A stretch of DNA of 64,000 bases from Antedon mediterranea (taxonomy: Eukaryota > Animalia > Echinodermata): positions 4,583,812 to 4,647,811 of the forward strand of contig NC_092675.1 of assembly GCF_964355755.1 (NCBI RefSeq), written 5' to 3'. The notes below the pieces were generated by a model that was not told where the DNA came from, did not search any database, and worked only from the letters and a program-made list of their open reading frames with translations. Below are positions 49,701 to 62,930 of this stretch, one piece after another (the first letter of the stretch is position 1; every line of letters begins with the position of its first letter). The position numbers were made by a program, and so were the translations under genes.

Positions 49701-52608
49701 ACACTAAAATAAATTTTGGACTCTGTAAACCATTTTTACACAAATACTTTACTATTTGTTTGTATTGCTGAAAACAGATCAACTGTAACTTTTCTGTGAA
49801 TTACCAGAAGAATTATGCACAAGTTCAGAACTTCTTGGAACAAATATCAATTGTTGCATTGTGCAAAACTATTTGTTTGATAAAAGGACGTATATATTAT
49901 TTTTATTTTTTAAATTTTTACTTTGGAAGTATGCCTAAATTCATTAAAAACAAGGCCACTGGAACCCTTTACAAAATAAAGATTACGCAGCTGGTATACA
50001 ATTTGCCTACATTGATAAGACCCATTTATTTGTATAAAATAAAATTTGAGTATGTTCCAAAAAACTGAAATCTTTGTAATCTGCAACTACAGCTTGTATT
50101 GGGTTGAACAAATGGCATAGTTTGGTGTAGGTTTTGCAACAAAACAAACTTATGGCTCTGTTTGAAAATGTATAGCAAGTCAATCTTCGGGTAATGTACA
50201 CAACAAACTCGGCCAAAGCAAAAAATACATTCTGAACAACAGTGAAACTCAATTTAACAAAACAGCTTTTTATTTTGAAAATAAGATAATGATTTAATAT
50301 GCTATAATGACTTGCTTAGATTTTGTAATTAAAAAACGTTTTTTAATCCTTTTATGCAAAGCTTGATCTTGACCTAGGTTTTAGATCAACAGCTTCCTTT
50401 GTGATCCTCCTTCTGTTTAGCACATGTCTTTCTACAAGGAGTCTGCAGTTTATTCTGCATCATTGCCCTAGCCTAAACAGCCTAGACTGCAGGCATTAGG
50501 TCAACTCTTACTTATTGCTACTGTAAAATATAAATGTAGAACTTGAATTGAATTAAACATGGTTGACATTAACTCATCATAACATCCTGGATGCTTAACT
50601 TGGGCTTAACTTAACACACCAAACCCACTGAATGTACTTGACATTCTTGTCCGCCCACATTTTAAACAAACCAAGTTAAAAGATACATTTCATTATGGAG
50701 TCAGTTTATAGCAATCTGTTTAATTATGTAGTGAATTAAAATAATTAAGTATATTTTAAGGAGTCAATTCTTTTCCAATTTGTATACAAAACGTTAAAAC
50801 TTCGTTCGTACTTCTATCACACATATCACTATGTAGGCTTCAGCTGCCCATTCCAATTCAAGTTCATATCTAGAGCTCTTTTTAGCCAGCTACAACATTG
50901 AACTTGTTTTTGTTACCAGGTAATATGTTTTCTTTAACAATACAAATGTCCATGTCATTTATTATTCCAATTTCTGCCCTTGAATTAAAAGCAAAAACAT
51001 GACAAAACCATCTAATTAAAACTTTATTTACTGGCAAGACTGTTTATTTATAAAATTTTTTTGTTATTATGTTCTTGATAAAACATGATTTGTTTGAATG
51101 TATGTCTTTACTAGAAACGTGTGGACTAAATGTCATGGCGTGGTAGTATGTTTGATGGCGCGTATCATGACACGTTTAGCATTTAACCCCTGGTGAGAGT
51201 AAATATAGGTATCATGATTTTATCTGGTGCTCTGATAGACATCATATAGGTTTAGTTGTCTTAGTAAGAAATCTGGCAATTTACGCACATTCATCAAGGT
51301 TTCTCCCTATGGCTTCTCAGTACAGAATCATTAATCACAGACAAGTTACCCACATTTTTAGTTTCGTACAGGGGTCTTTAATTTGAAAATATTACCTTTA
51401 TTTACCAAACGTAGTATAGCCATTTAATTGAAGTGGTGTTTTCTTACAGGGCTATGATGGAAAAATTAACCACTTTCTAACCCAAGGCTAGTTTCATACA
51501 GGGCTCTAATTAAAAAATAAACTTACAATATTACGTTATCTGCCATATACACTATGATCCATTTTCTTATTTTAGTTTGGTGGTTGTTGTCAGTATCATA
51601 GTGGTTTTAAAAGAGCTATTCTAAATTAATCAAGTGTTAGTTTGTTTGTTCCTTATGTTTTGATTTTTAAAAAACAAATATGATGACATAATTCTTATTT
51701 TTAGAGTAACAAACAAAAGATTTATAATTTTTAAAATAATGTCATAGTATGACAGACGTCTGTCACAAACGACAATGTCAAATAGATATTTATCACGGAG
51801 GCCTTTTCCTCAACATCTTATTCTTTATATATCGTATCTTCAAACCAGATGAACATTTTCATCACATTCACATACATCTTATTTGTATGTTAATAGGTAT
51901 GAAAACAAATGTTCCAGATTTGAAATAAAAACATTATGGATCAGTAATTTCTCATTGTTTTCCATAATCTTATAGCACTTTAATTTCATTTCATTAAGTC
52001 CATCAATTTAAAATCAGTAGTGAAAATTTAAAACTGAAAACTTAATTAGTATTTCAGTAATACTTGTGAGTTAATTACAATGTTTTCTTTCATCTGGAGG
52101 TATGTGTCAGTCGTGTTAAGTGCTTTCTTAGTTCGCAGGGATATTCGCCGGTCGAAAACTGTGTATTGTTTTTTTCTTCACATGCTGTTGGTAATCGTTC
52201 AATGTATTGATCAACATCTTGGTGGCGTTCTTTTACCCCTAAGCTGAATGAAAGTGCGGCTTTCATACAAACATTTTAATCTGATCTTTGTTATACTGTA
52301 CTACTACAGTGGGTCATTGTGAGTAATACTAAAACTATTTTCCAACTTTGGTTAATTATGTTAGGTCAATAAACTTGCTTTATTTTGATTCTTACTCATC
52401 ATGTTATTCCAAGGTTTATGTTATGATGATGTGGATCAGAGTAGCTTCAAAGACTTTAAACATTCACTTTTTTAATACTTCTTATTTACACTTTACAGTG
52501 GGCCAGCCATCACGCTTGTATTTTACAGGAGTAGGAAGATTCAATTCAATGTCTTACAGTACAAATAGCCCCTACATGGTCACACAGAGGAAGGGTGATC
52601 CAAATCAG

Positions 52609-52767
52609 TGGCCGTATTCACCAATCACAATTAAGTGAGATATTTTCCTTAAATATTAAGTATTTCACTTAAATAAAAAAATATTTAAGTATTCACTTAG
52701 ATAGAAGATTAAATTTTAGGGGATAAGTAATTTCCTTACCCTAAAGTGTGATTGGTCAATACGGCCA
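52609..52767. mobile_element. PIF/Harbinger-like MITE (159 bp)
   Basis: TIR TGGCCGTATTCACCAATCACA / TGTGATTGGTCAATACGGCCA, 3-bp TSD CAG. Confidence 0.8.
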
Positions 52768-53663
52768 CAGAGACGGACCACCGGCAAACTTTAGGTCTGT
52801 CTATGATTATTTCTTTATTGCTAATTGTCGTATTGAGGTGGCTTCATTTCTCTTTCTCATTTTCATTGACTCTAATTAAATATTTATTTATCTTAATGAA
52901 TTAAAAATTTCACTTAAAATATATTTGTTTTCATATTAAATTCCTAAATTAAAATTATATGATTTTACAATTAAATTTTTGCTACATATTTATCATTTTA
53001 TTAAGTTGCTAAATTTACAAAATAAATATTTATATTGAAATTAAATACAATCATCTTTCATAAATCAGTTTTGACATGCTTTCATCAATAAATCTATCTG
53101 TCATACTTCTGTCATAGCTTTTATCTTTGTCCACAAATCATTTTCTTCATTTACATCTTTCAAATAGCAGATACAAGTTGACTGAACTTCTGTTTGCTTC
53201 AGTAAAGTATCCTATTGCAGTATTCGTCAATATTCTATTACCGAATGATTAGTCCTCTGCTGTAATATTAATCCGATTGCCAATTCATTTGTTGTTTTAA
53301 TTTTGTTCTGTTGTAGTTATTCGGGAAAGTTTGTTTTTCTGTTTGAATAGCTGTAGTAATGTCAATATAATGTTTGGTATTACAGGTGTTGAAATAAAAA
53401 CATTTCTTAAATTTATAGATGTTTAATTGCTCAAGATGAAGAGACGAAGATGGAAATTAATTCCATGTGTCAAATAAATTAATGTATTATAGCAGTGCAC
53501 ATCATTTCTAAATATTTAACGTCTACAATTTAGTTTACATTTCAAATGCATTCCTCGATTGAAATTTTAAAGAGCCATTGAGCCAACTACTGTAGTAGAT
53601 TTGGTATAGTAGTCCAAACTTTCTATAATTTGAAGTTGCTGTGTGAAGATCTTGTATTGTTAA

Positions 53664-53845
53664 ATGTTTATTTCAACAATATTTTACGAGGGTGGTCCAT
53701 CCAGCCGAAGCTGATCATTAGGGACCCTCACAGAAATACATCATGACCGTAAAGATGTAACAATAACAATTAAATTAAAATGAATATAGTTAATAAAGAT
53801 AAAATAAAGCACAAAAAATTAAAATCAAAAATAAATAAATAAAAT
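53664..53845 (-). mobile_element. Probable LINE/SINE 3'-tail remnant with stem-loop
   Basis: Minus strand GAGGGTCC...CAGC-TTCG-GCTG...ACCCTC hairpin, preceded by a T-rich tract and followed by AATAAA. Confidence 0.5.
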
Positions 53846-55408
53846 TAATTTGGCCCTCTCAGAAGAATTATTATCTGGTTTGAATTGTCAGGCGAAAGGA
53901 ACATTTTATGCTTGACCAATACTTTTTTTGACCACGTGATTGGTATGATGTATTTAATATGATGTAATGAAGGAAGGTGTTGAGAATTATGGAATTAATT
54001 AATTACATTTTTGACCTCAAATATCCTGCAGTGTTTATAATAAGACTGCAGCTTTAATGATAATCACGCACATTCAGTTAATTAAATTTCACCCTTTTCC
54101 TTTTCTCTACAAACCCACAGTTAAAAATTCCAATCAGTCGTCCTTTCACCTCAGTTTTCAGCCGTATCTGTATCTGGCCAGCAGCCAAGCGAAGCATATA
54201 TTACATAAATTCAATTAGTATCTAGTTGTAATCTAATAATAGAAATATAAGAATTGACTGGACAAGAAATGAGTATCGGTTAATTTCTTTGGGATTAACG
54301 GAGAAAAAAGAAAGTGCACGGTCACATCCAGAAATCTGCAAGTTAATAGACTAGATATTCATAGTATGTTGTGTGATATATTGTCACATTATGATGAAGT
54401 TTCAGTGCTTTTACATTACCGTATAATGTAATATAATTATATAAATAGTGCATAGTCATGATTTATATGTCGCTAAAGTCATTATTTACTTCTCTTTAAG
54501 TCATAATATATTCATGGGAAGAAAATTGAGATTATTAATATTTTAAGAACGTAATGGACAACAGAATGTAGGTTGCAGATAAAAGTAATACATTACTTTA
54601 AAAAATATATGATGTGTTTCACCCGATGTTTACTATTGTGGTAGGCTGTGAAAAAGTTTGGTAGTTTACATATCCTACTTCTTGTGAAAGTGACTAATGA
54701 TAATACTATAATAATATTATATCATGTCCAAGTTTGACATCCTTATCGTGAACTTTGCATGTTAAAGAACGATAAAAAGATTCCATAAAACAGTATTGTT
54801 TAATTATTTTAATATTGTATTCTGCATGGCAGTGTGTACAATGTAATATGTTGCAAATCATTAATATTAAATTATTTTACAGTATTGAATAATAGTGTAG
54901 TTTTTGTGTCAAACTGTAATTGTACAATAGACACACTGCAGCTGTGTCATGGTTAAAAACATTTTGCTTTTAGTAACCATGTGCGAGAAGAACTGAGTGA
55001 TTATAAAGAGCATTATGAGGATCTAGATAACTGTGAACATTAATATGGCGTCATCTGGGCGTATATGACAGAGAACAGGTCATTATAGTATGAAATAAAC
55101 CTGACTCACTACAAAAATGAAATATATTATTAATAGGTCTGAATGAAGCAAATTACTTCAATAAACATTTAATAAAAAGATTATTAACTCAGGATGCAAA
55201 GGATAAAATACTATTACTTGAAGGTGACTCAGTTGGCATCATTTAAAAAACTTAAGTACTGTTCTCACATGCAAAGTGGCACTGTAGGTTGGTGGTTGTT
55301 TACATACTGTATCATCCTTGGTCCAAATCCTGGCATTGTCACATTATCAGTAGACTTAGCTTCAAAAGCATGTTTATGTCCCATTTCTCAACCAGTAATC
55401 AGCATTTG

Positions 55409-55678
55409 CAGGGCTAGAAATTTACTTTTTTTATCCACTTGCAAACACTAGTTACTAGTAAAAAATGTAATAGGCAAAATGAGCAACGTAACTAGTGCCA
55501 AGCATGTCAATTAGTTGGTAAATTAATTAATTCTAAAAGTTAAATTTGCAGATCAAACCTCAAGTAACTTTGCTAGTTTAAATTTTAGTAACCTTTTGTC
55601 CAAAAGCTGCAAATGTTAGCTAGTTGTGAAATTTACGAACTGGCAAATTGCTAGTGTGCAAAGGAGAATTTCCAGGCC
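55409..55678. mobile_element. Degenerate hAT-like MITE
   Basis: CAGGGCTAGAAATT / AATTTCCAGGCC ends and repeated CTAGT subterminal motifs. Confidence 0.5.
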
Positions 55679-56397
55679 ATAAAGTAAAAAGAATAAATAA
55701 GATATAATAAATTAAGAAAAAAAAGTAATAGTATTTAAACTGTATTGTCATTTTGTAAAAGTAAATCAGTAAAATTTGTTTGTCAAACTTATCCAAGTTC
55801 AATCACACATTTAACTGACATTTACAGGAAATCCTCCAAGAAATTATCATGTTGACAGAGTTCTATTAGTGTTTGTGGAAATATAACATAAACAAGACTT
55901 CTTACTCCTTTGGGACTAACTATGTTTTTGACCTAAATCTGTAATTCTAAAATCCCAATACTATATAATGCTCGTTGTTTGTCTCCATTGCTAAAACAGA
56001 AGAGTTAAAAGTCGTCATTGAACGATATGAGCTTTAGTAACAGTACGCACACTAATGAATAGATTTGATAGGATTTCGTTGAAAATTAAACTTAAATTGT
56101 TTAACAAAGCGGTGGATGACGTTACAAAGGCAAGTCGAGAAAGCGTGGGACGTTTTAATCCAATTGCATCAAATTTAAATTGTATCTGCATGGTCTTTTT
56201 GGTGCCCGAAACATAATGTGTTTAAAACAGTTGATACACACTGAACTGTGCTGTTGTATTCCACAACTGATTCAAAACGGTTTTTTAATCTTTTTTTTTT
56301 ATTTCACTTGGTTGCCCATCTGGACCTTTTTAATTTTCAGTTGCCCTATTTCAATTTTTGGTTGCCCTGGGACTAAGTGCAACTGATTCTTTAACGT

Positions 56398-56709
56398 GAG
56401 GGCGTGTGGCGCAGTGTGTTGGACGTTCGACTACTGATCGTGAGATCGAGGTTCGAATCCAACTCTCGCCGCATTGCTTGTATCCTTAGGCAAGATACTT
56501 TACTTACGTTTGCCTCTCTCCACCCAGGTGTGTATAAATGGGAACCCGGTTAGATCAAGACACAACGTGGTGCTGATTACTAGCTGCATTATGGGAGTTT
56601 GTTTCCATACGTGTTTGATCCAAAAAATGACTGGGGTAATAATGTTCAGCGCATTGAGAGCTTGCTTATATGCGCTATATAAGAATGAACTATTATTATT
56701 ATTATTATT
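56398..56709 (+). mobile_element. Full-length tRNA-derived SINE (second family) with L2-type tail
   Basis: A box TGGCGCAGTGTG, B box GGTTCGAATCC, central CCTTAGGCAAGATACTTT...CCACCCAGGTGT...AAATGGG motif, GCGCATTGAG...GCGCTATATAAG stem-loop and (TAT)n tail. Confidence 0.9.
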
Positions 56710-57819
56710 CTGCAAGCAAAGAAAATATGTAAAACTTTCATATTTAAAATTAATCTTCTAATGATGTAATGCTTCTACACATTTAAATTGTTTATTAAGT
56801 TTTAGTTAAAAGAGCATTTCTTTGTGAATATAACATCAGGTACTTGGCAGCACATACATACTTCACCATTCCTACTGTACACAGGCATAAATCATGAGTT
56901 TGTTGTTTACGAATATTAACATCATTCTAACTAAATTCATCTTCTAAATCGCATATCATTCATTGGAGATGCACCTATGTTGATTAGATTGCTGTGAATT
57001 ATCCAATCAGGAGAGTCGATTTCTATGCCTAGCTTCAATCGTGTAGAGTATTTCAAAGCATTCTCTTTTTCGTTTGCCTGTTGTCGAGGTTCCAATTGTT
57101 TGACAGTTGCTGTGTACAGTAGGGCCCATGTTACTGTATGTTAAGTTGCACTCACACATGTTAAGTTGCTGTTTTTATTGGTTTTTAGAAATTCACTTTA
57201 GTTTAGTTGTTTGTTTTGAACCAAAATCTAGTTGTTTTTGGCATTTGTTCCACCCACTTCTAGGTAAACAAGGAGTTTCCTTCCTGTTGTTTTGACAATC
57301 ATTTCGTCAATACAGTAGTAGTACACCCATTTCCTTGTAAAAAATCTAGATTTCTCTGAACTTAAACAAATGATGTCACTCGGTATTTAAACCTAATTTC
57401 AAATAAATTGCGTAAATAAGGATTATTGGCTTAAATTCTACACAGGCCCAGCTAGCTCAGCTAGACTATAAGGAGTCTTGACACTACTGAAGGTAAAGTG
57501 GAAAAATGGTGTCCTATTTGGAAAAATAACTTTTGAGAGACTAATTATTGTAATAAAATTCATAGAATCACATATTGTAATTAGTTTTGTATAAATAAAA
57601 AAAAAAAGTCAAAATACATCTAAGATATTAATTGTTTTAATCCTGTCATCCAATTAAAAAGTGTAATTTCTTCATCATACGGAAAATTTGTTCAGTAATG
57701 ATGCAAATTCATTTCATTTTCAAGCTTGATTGCTAACAAGTTTACGCCATAGTATGAAGCAGTTGTCGTTATTGGCATTGACCTTTCTTGACCTCAACAA
57801 AATTATACTATAAGTTTTA

Positions 57820-57886
57820 CCACTCTGGAAACTCTCCCAATACCACTCTGGAAACTCTCCCAATACCACTCTGGAAACTCTCCCAA
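57820..57886. repeat. Three tandem copies of a 22-bp unit ACCACTCTGGAAACTCTCCCAAT
   Basis: Directly visible; inverted partial copy ATTGGGAGAGTT at 57955 suggests a TE remnant. Confidence 0.85.
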
Positions 57887-58557
57887 CACCAGACAAATTC
57901 ATTTTTAACATTAAAACACATTCTGAATACCAGGCTTTCCTGAAAACCAGAAATATTGGGAGAGTTGGCTGTATAAAAATAATAATAATAATTTTAATTA
58001 ATATGAAATAACGATTTACGATATTGCTAATCAGTTTATGGTTGTAGAATTATGCGTATTCTCCATTTTTAGTGTTTCCTTTAATTTATGCACATCACAA
58101 GAATGAATACTTTACTATATATGGTACAAACAGTAATTTACAGTGTATTTCCTCAATTAAATGTTTATTAAAACTTACCTAATTTTCTTAGTAGTAGTAT
58201 TACCATTTATGGTTTATATACAATATAGCGAATCAAAACCATTTGTGTAGGCCTAGTAACCATTAACGGAACTATTTTTTAAAGTGATAGTAAAATTGAT
58301 TTCATTGCTAATTTTAATATCTTATTTAATAGTGCAACTATTAATTTACGGTACAGTTGTTTTGTACTGTACATATTTGTCTATTGTAAATTTAAACCTC
58401 AAATGAATTTAACCTCTTCTAAATGTATAAATATCTGCATTATATAGATAATTATATGAAAAATAAAACACCGAATAATTATACCTATATTTACACACCT
58501 GAGTGACTCAATCAAGATTTTGGGCAAAATTGGAAATCGCAACTTTAACACAGTTGG

Positions 58558-58962
58558 AGGTGTCTGGGTTTCTTTAGTCTAGACCTTTCTTCTTTACACA
58601 CACGATTTACTTAAATTTAGTTCATCCAAAGGAACAAAAGATTGTTATTAAAATCATGACAAAATGATTGTGTTGTCCTGATTTAATTTGCTATTAAGAG
58701 AAAAGTTGCTCATCTGTGTTGCAGATATTCCCCCCCCCCCCCTTCCCTTATTAATTTCGCAGTTAAAATTATGAAGGTGTCCGGGTTCCTATAATCTAGG
58801 TCTAATCTTTTCTTCACACAAAGGACTGAAAGATTGATATAAATTTAGTTCATCCAAAGGAACAACAGATTATAATTAAAATTATGACAAAACATTATTT
58901 TGTTGTCCATATTTATTTTGTTATCAAGAGAAGAAAAGTTGCTCATCTGTGTTGCAGATATT
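58558..58962. repeat. Tandem duplication (~58558-58729 / ~58775-58962) separated by poly-C
   Basis: Shared AAATTTAGTTCATCCAAAGGAACAA and GAAAAGTTGCTCATCTGTGTTGCAGATATT blocks. Confidence 0.85.
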
Positions 58963-59399
58963 GGTTCCAGTGGTTATTAATTTGTTATATGTATATATAT
59001 ATATGTATTATATATTACTTGATAATGTTGTAATAAAATAAGATTTATATATTTATTTTATATTTAAGTGCTTACTAAGCTTAAAAGGCTATTATTTAAT
59101 TAAACCAATCCCTATCCTAAATTATAAATTTCTATTTTTAATTCTTACAAATTTCTTATGAAAATTGATACAAAATTAATTCTGAAGTTGTAAAATTACC
59201 GTTACAAAATGTTTATTTTTAGCTGCTGTAAGTTTTGTTTTTAAATTTTATAATGTCATTTTTTTAAAACACATCCTTATACGTTATTCTAGCTATAAAC
59301 AAATGTAATGTATTTAAAAGTACTTTAGTATCGGACTGCCTGATGTTTGCCAATATCCTTTACATTTTTAGACTTGTTTCAATGCCTGGTTTCCTCCAA

Positions 59400-59490
59400 T
59401 AGCACGCCCACACACTATGACATCATCACATGTGATACAAATAGCATCGTATATATATACAGCCATAGCAAGGTCCTGGGCATTCGAGTG
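59400..59490 (+). promoter_or_regulatory. Candidate intronic promoter for exon D
   Basis: CACGCCC (KLF/SP-like), TGACATCA (CRE-like), CACATG E-box, TATATATA at ~59450, Inr-like CATTC ~30 nt downstream. Confidence 0.45.
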
Positions 59491-59712
59491 AACAGCATAG
59501 TTATTGGACAATTCAGCAGCTAACTGTGACTGAAGCTAGAGTAATAATGTATTAAAAACTGATTACATCTTGATTGTTTGCAGATTAAATAACAAAATTG
59601 GAGAGAAGCCTAGATTACTTTTCTAGCATTCATTCTGTGAATCTTTACAGACTATCTCAAGTCTAGCTTGAGTATATTTTTATTTTATTAAGTGCGTGTT
59701 TTGATACTAAAA

Positions 59713-59808
59713 ATGGGATTTTTGGATTTTATGTCATCTGACAGAGCGTTGGCTCTATTTGAGAAGAATCATACTGATCAGGGATCACGTATATCACAGG
59801 TATTTGAA
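59713..59808 (+). CDS. RASGEF1: Candidate alternative first coding exon D of RASGEF1: MGFLDFMSSDRALALFEKNHTDQGSRISQ(VFE)
   Basis: AAAATGG Kozak context; two phase-0 donors (CAG|gtattt at 59800, GAA|gtgagt at 59809); in frame with 62841. Confidence 0.65.
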
Positions 59809-60081
59809 GTGAGTGCATGGTTTTGACATCTTGTAACTATTACTAACCGAATCTTTCTAATTCTTAGATCAATAATATACTCATTCGTCTTAAACTTATT
59901 CGCAATCAATATCTTGTTTTAAAGATCAAATCTTAACTTATAATCGTCAGCTTTATTTTGAGACACATGATTTATATATATTTTTTCTAACCTGATCATG
60001 TTGGTTTGTTGCATTTAATACTGTAGCTTGTTGATATTTTGTGTTTCCATCATTACTCTTTAAGTCACATAACGTTTTCTA

Positions 60082-60238
60082 AAGCCTTGTCTACACTATT
60101 AAACTTTATGTGACAAAAAAATGTGATGTGCCCAATGGACATGATGATGTCATATCACTACCATATTTGGGAATATCACTACCATATTTGGGCACATCCC
60201 ATATTTTGTCAAACTAGTTTGATAGTGTAGACAGAGCT
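60082..60238 (+). mobile_element. MITE (~157 bp; Harbinger- or Tc1-like target site)
   Basis: TIR AGCCTTGTCTACACTATTAAACT / AGTTTGATAGTGTAGACAGAGCT; internal duplicated ATATCACTACCATATTTGGG. Confidence 0.8.
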
Positions 60239-62840
60239 TTACAATTTATACACATATTTTTTTCACAAGCATTGTGTTCTGTAATGCTGCACCTATTCAA
60301 TGAAAGTTTTTGGTTGATTTTGTACTTTAGTGCAAAGATAGACAGTATTAAGAAATTGGTCAGTGATTTTACTGTACTGTGTAGAGAACGGCTAACACAT
60401 TAAATATTATTTATGACTCATTTAAACATCAAAATGTTTTATCAATAATATTTCTAAAAAAAGATAATCTGCAAGTATGCAAGATAAATTTGTATGTGAA
60501 AAAATTGTAAAATCATTGTAAAATATATTTACTTACAAAAAACTTTTATATAATAATTAGTTGTATGGCAAATGTTAATCTTTCCTACAACTGAATGTCG
60601 CTAGAATTAATGATTGAATATGATGCTAGAGGGTTGCAAAAATCATGAACTAATCTGCCCTGTGCTGTATGAAAGATGTGTCACTCCCTGAAAATTAAAT
60701 ATGTTTGTATGTTGTGTTCAAGTGTGTTGCTTAATCCAATGGATTTGTCACACATGACCAAGACTAAGTATAGGAAATGATTCAGTTTTAACCTAGCGTT
60801 CTTTGTACCAACCGTGCAACAGTGTGTGTCTGTGTCTGGACACCCAACCCCACTAAGCCCAACCAAGGGTATAAATAAGCCCACCCCTAATTTAGGTTAA
60901 TTGATTCATTATTATTTGAATGCTTTATGGAGTGGAGAAAGGAGGTAGAGTACATGCAACTGTAAATGTTAAAAATTAAGTTAGCAATTATTTTGACTTT
61001 TCTGTGGTTTGTATAATATACAACAAATAGCCTAAAATTCTGTATATAAAATTATTTTTTCCCAGAATCATAAATGTCATCAAAATTATATCTACAATCA
61101 TCATTTCTGCTACTATTCCATAATTTCACATTATAATAATTGCTTATCAATTTAATTAAAAATTATTAACGCTAAATTTGTTTCTATAACATGTGACCTA
61201 ACTTTCTATTTAAAACATTTCGTAGTTAACGAGAGTGATGAAAGTAATTGTTCAACTGACGATAATAAACAACACTATCATGTGAATTGTTGTTTGTTTC
61301 AGTTTGTAATTTTAACTGAAAGTTGAAGATGTTTTCATTATCTATGTTTCTTTCATTTTCTATCAAAAAGAAAAAATAGTTGAAATAATTTAAACTTTGG
61401 GTTAGCTTTGTAATGAATACAAGGTTAACAGTTTAATTGTGGAAATAACCACAGAACATCGCCCCACTGATTTCTGATCTTTCAAGCTTGAAAAATAAAT
61501 TAATAGCATTGAAAAATTATGATTATTAATAAATACTGTTTGTATCATTATTATTGTTATTGAATTTCACACACAATACAATTAATACAATGTTTATATT
61601 CAGTGTCATTTGGATATCTCATGTTTGTCTTATTATTAATTCAAAGAAATGAACTATTATACACATCTGTAGGTTTCACAGGATCGCAATAAACGAATAC
61701 CGTATTAACAACTACACATTACATTATGAGAAATAAACATTACGCGCAAATAGTACGACGGTTGTTAATGACGAGAACGATGAAAGCAATAATAGCATAT
61801 AATGACAGTGGCGTCGTTTCTTTAATTGTAGACAATTTCTGGTCATTTGTTGGCAAAGTATAGCAAAGATGCATACTTAATGAGTATCCTATGTGACAAG
61901 TTAGAGTGAGTGAATGACTAATTAATCACAACGAGGCACGTCCAATTAGTATGTCTGCTTGGAACAGGAGAGAGTGCAATAATAATTTGTCTCAATCTAA
62001 AAGACAACCTTATATTTCAATCTTGTCAGGATTTATCCATTTTATGTATTATGAAATGGTTTTATTATCGAGGAGTTGAGAGAGAAGCTTTAGGTTTCTC
62101 CCAAATAATTTGTCAAATGTTGATGGATATGTTTTAAGATAGTTATATGGTTACTTTACTGGAATATATCAATCTTGTAGCTACAACTATATGTCTTTAT
62201 AACAAATTAGTTAATATTTAACTTGAAAAAAATTTTTATTACAGCAGTTCAAAGTTGTATTAATAACATACAAAATTTAGATGCACAGATACTGTATTAT
62301 ATTATGAATTTTAAGCAATTTTAGCTGAAATTTAAATAATGCTTATATATGTACAGTAAAAATATAAAGATTACTATGTTGAATTTTTATTTTACTCCTT
62401 GTTATTTAGAGTTTTTTTTATCTCATACGATGGGAATTTTCCCATGTAATAAGTAATTATTCTTTCTATAGAAAATATTTTCAAAATCTGTTTCTAGATA
62501 TGAAAATACTGATGTCTCATTTAAAATTTGTGGCAATAAACTACGGCTCGTTTCTTGTGTAAGCAAGCCAATATTTGTCTGGCTAATTTCCAGGTAATGG
62601 TCCCAGGTGTGTTAATGCGTTCTGTAGATATTACCGTCAATAGTAAAATTCATCGTAAATTTTTTACAAGCATTCTTATCGTGTACGATATACATTTTCT
62701 TGAGGCCTATTCGATTTATCTTGACTGTTTAGCATGGTCATTTATATCGTTAACTGAGTGCGGTTAACATTAACATACTTATTAGAGTGAAGGAATTTGA
62801 TGATCGCATTCACTTATCCACCATTATTTGTATTTTTCAG

Positions 62841-62930
62841 GCTCTTGAATATGAAGATGGAAACTTAATATCAGGAACTCTAGAGGCTTTCATTCGTCAT
62901 ATTGTACCTACGGGAGAATATTACCCAGAT
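62841..62930 (+). CDS. RASGEF1: RASGEF1 common exon, start of RasGEF N-terminal (REM) domain: ALEYEDGNLISGTLEAFIRHIVPTGEYYPD; gene continues beyond the window
   Basis: tatttttcag acceptor, GAT|gtaagt donor; matches vertebrate RASGEF1B LYYHDNNLLSGSLEALIQHLVPNVDYYPD (from memory). Confidence 0.93.

Noticed and set aside
52080-52099. Short ATG segment ending at AG|gtatgt
   Set aside because: Phase 2 and only six codons.
52768-52805. CAGAGACGGACC...GGTCTGTCTATG short inverted repeat
   Set aside because: Resembles a P-like remnant but has no matching TSD, so it was not counted.
62555-62593. Open frame ending at CAG|gtaatg in phase 0 just before the common exon
   Set aside because: No ATG or convincing acceptor after the upstream stop.
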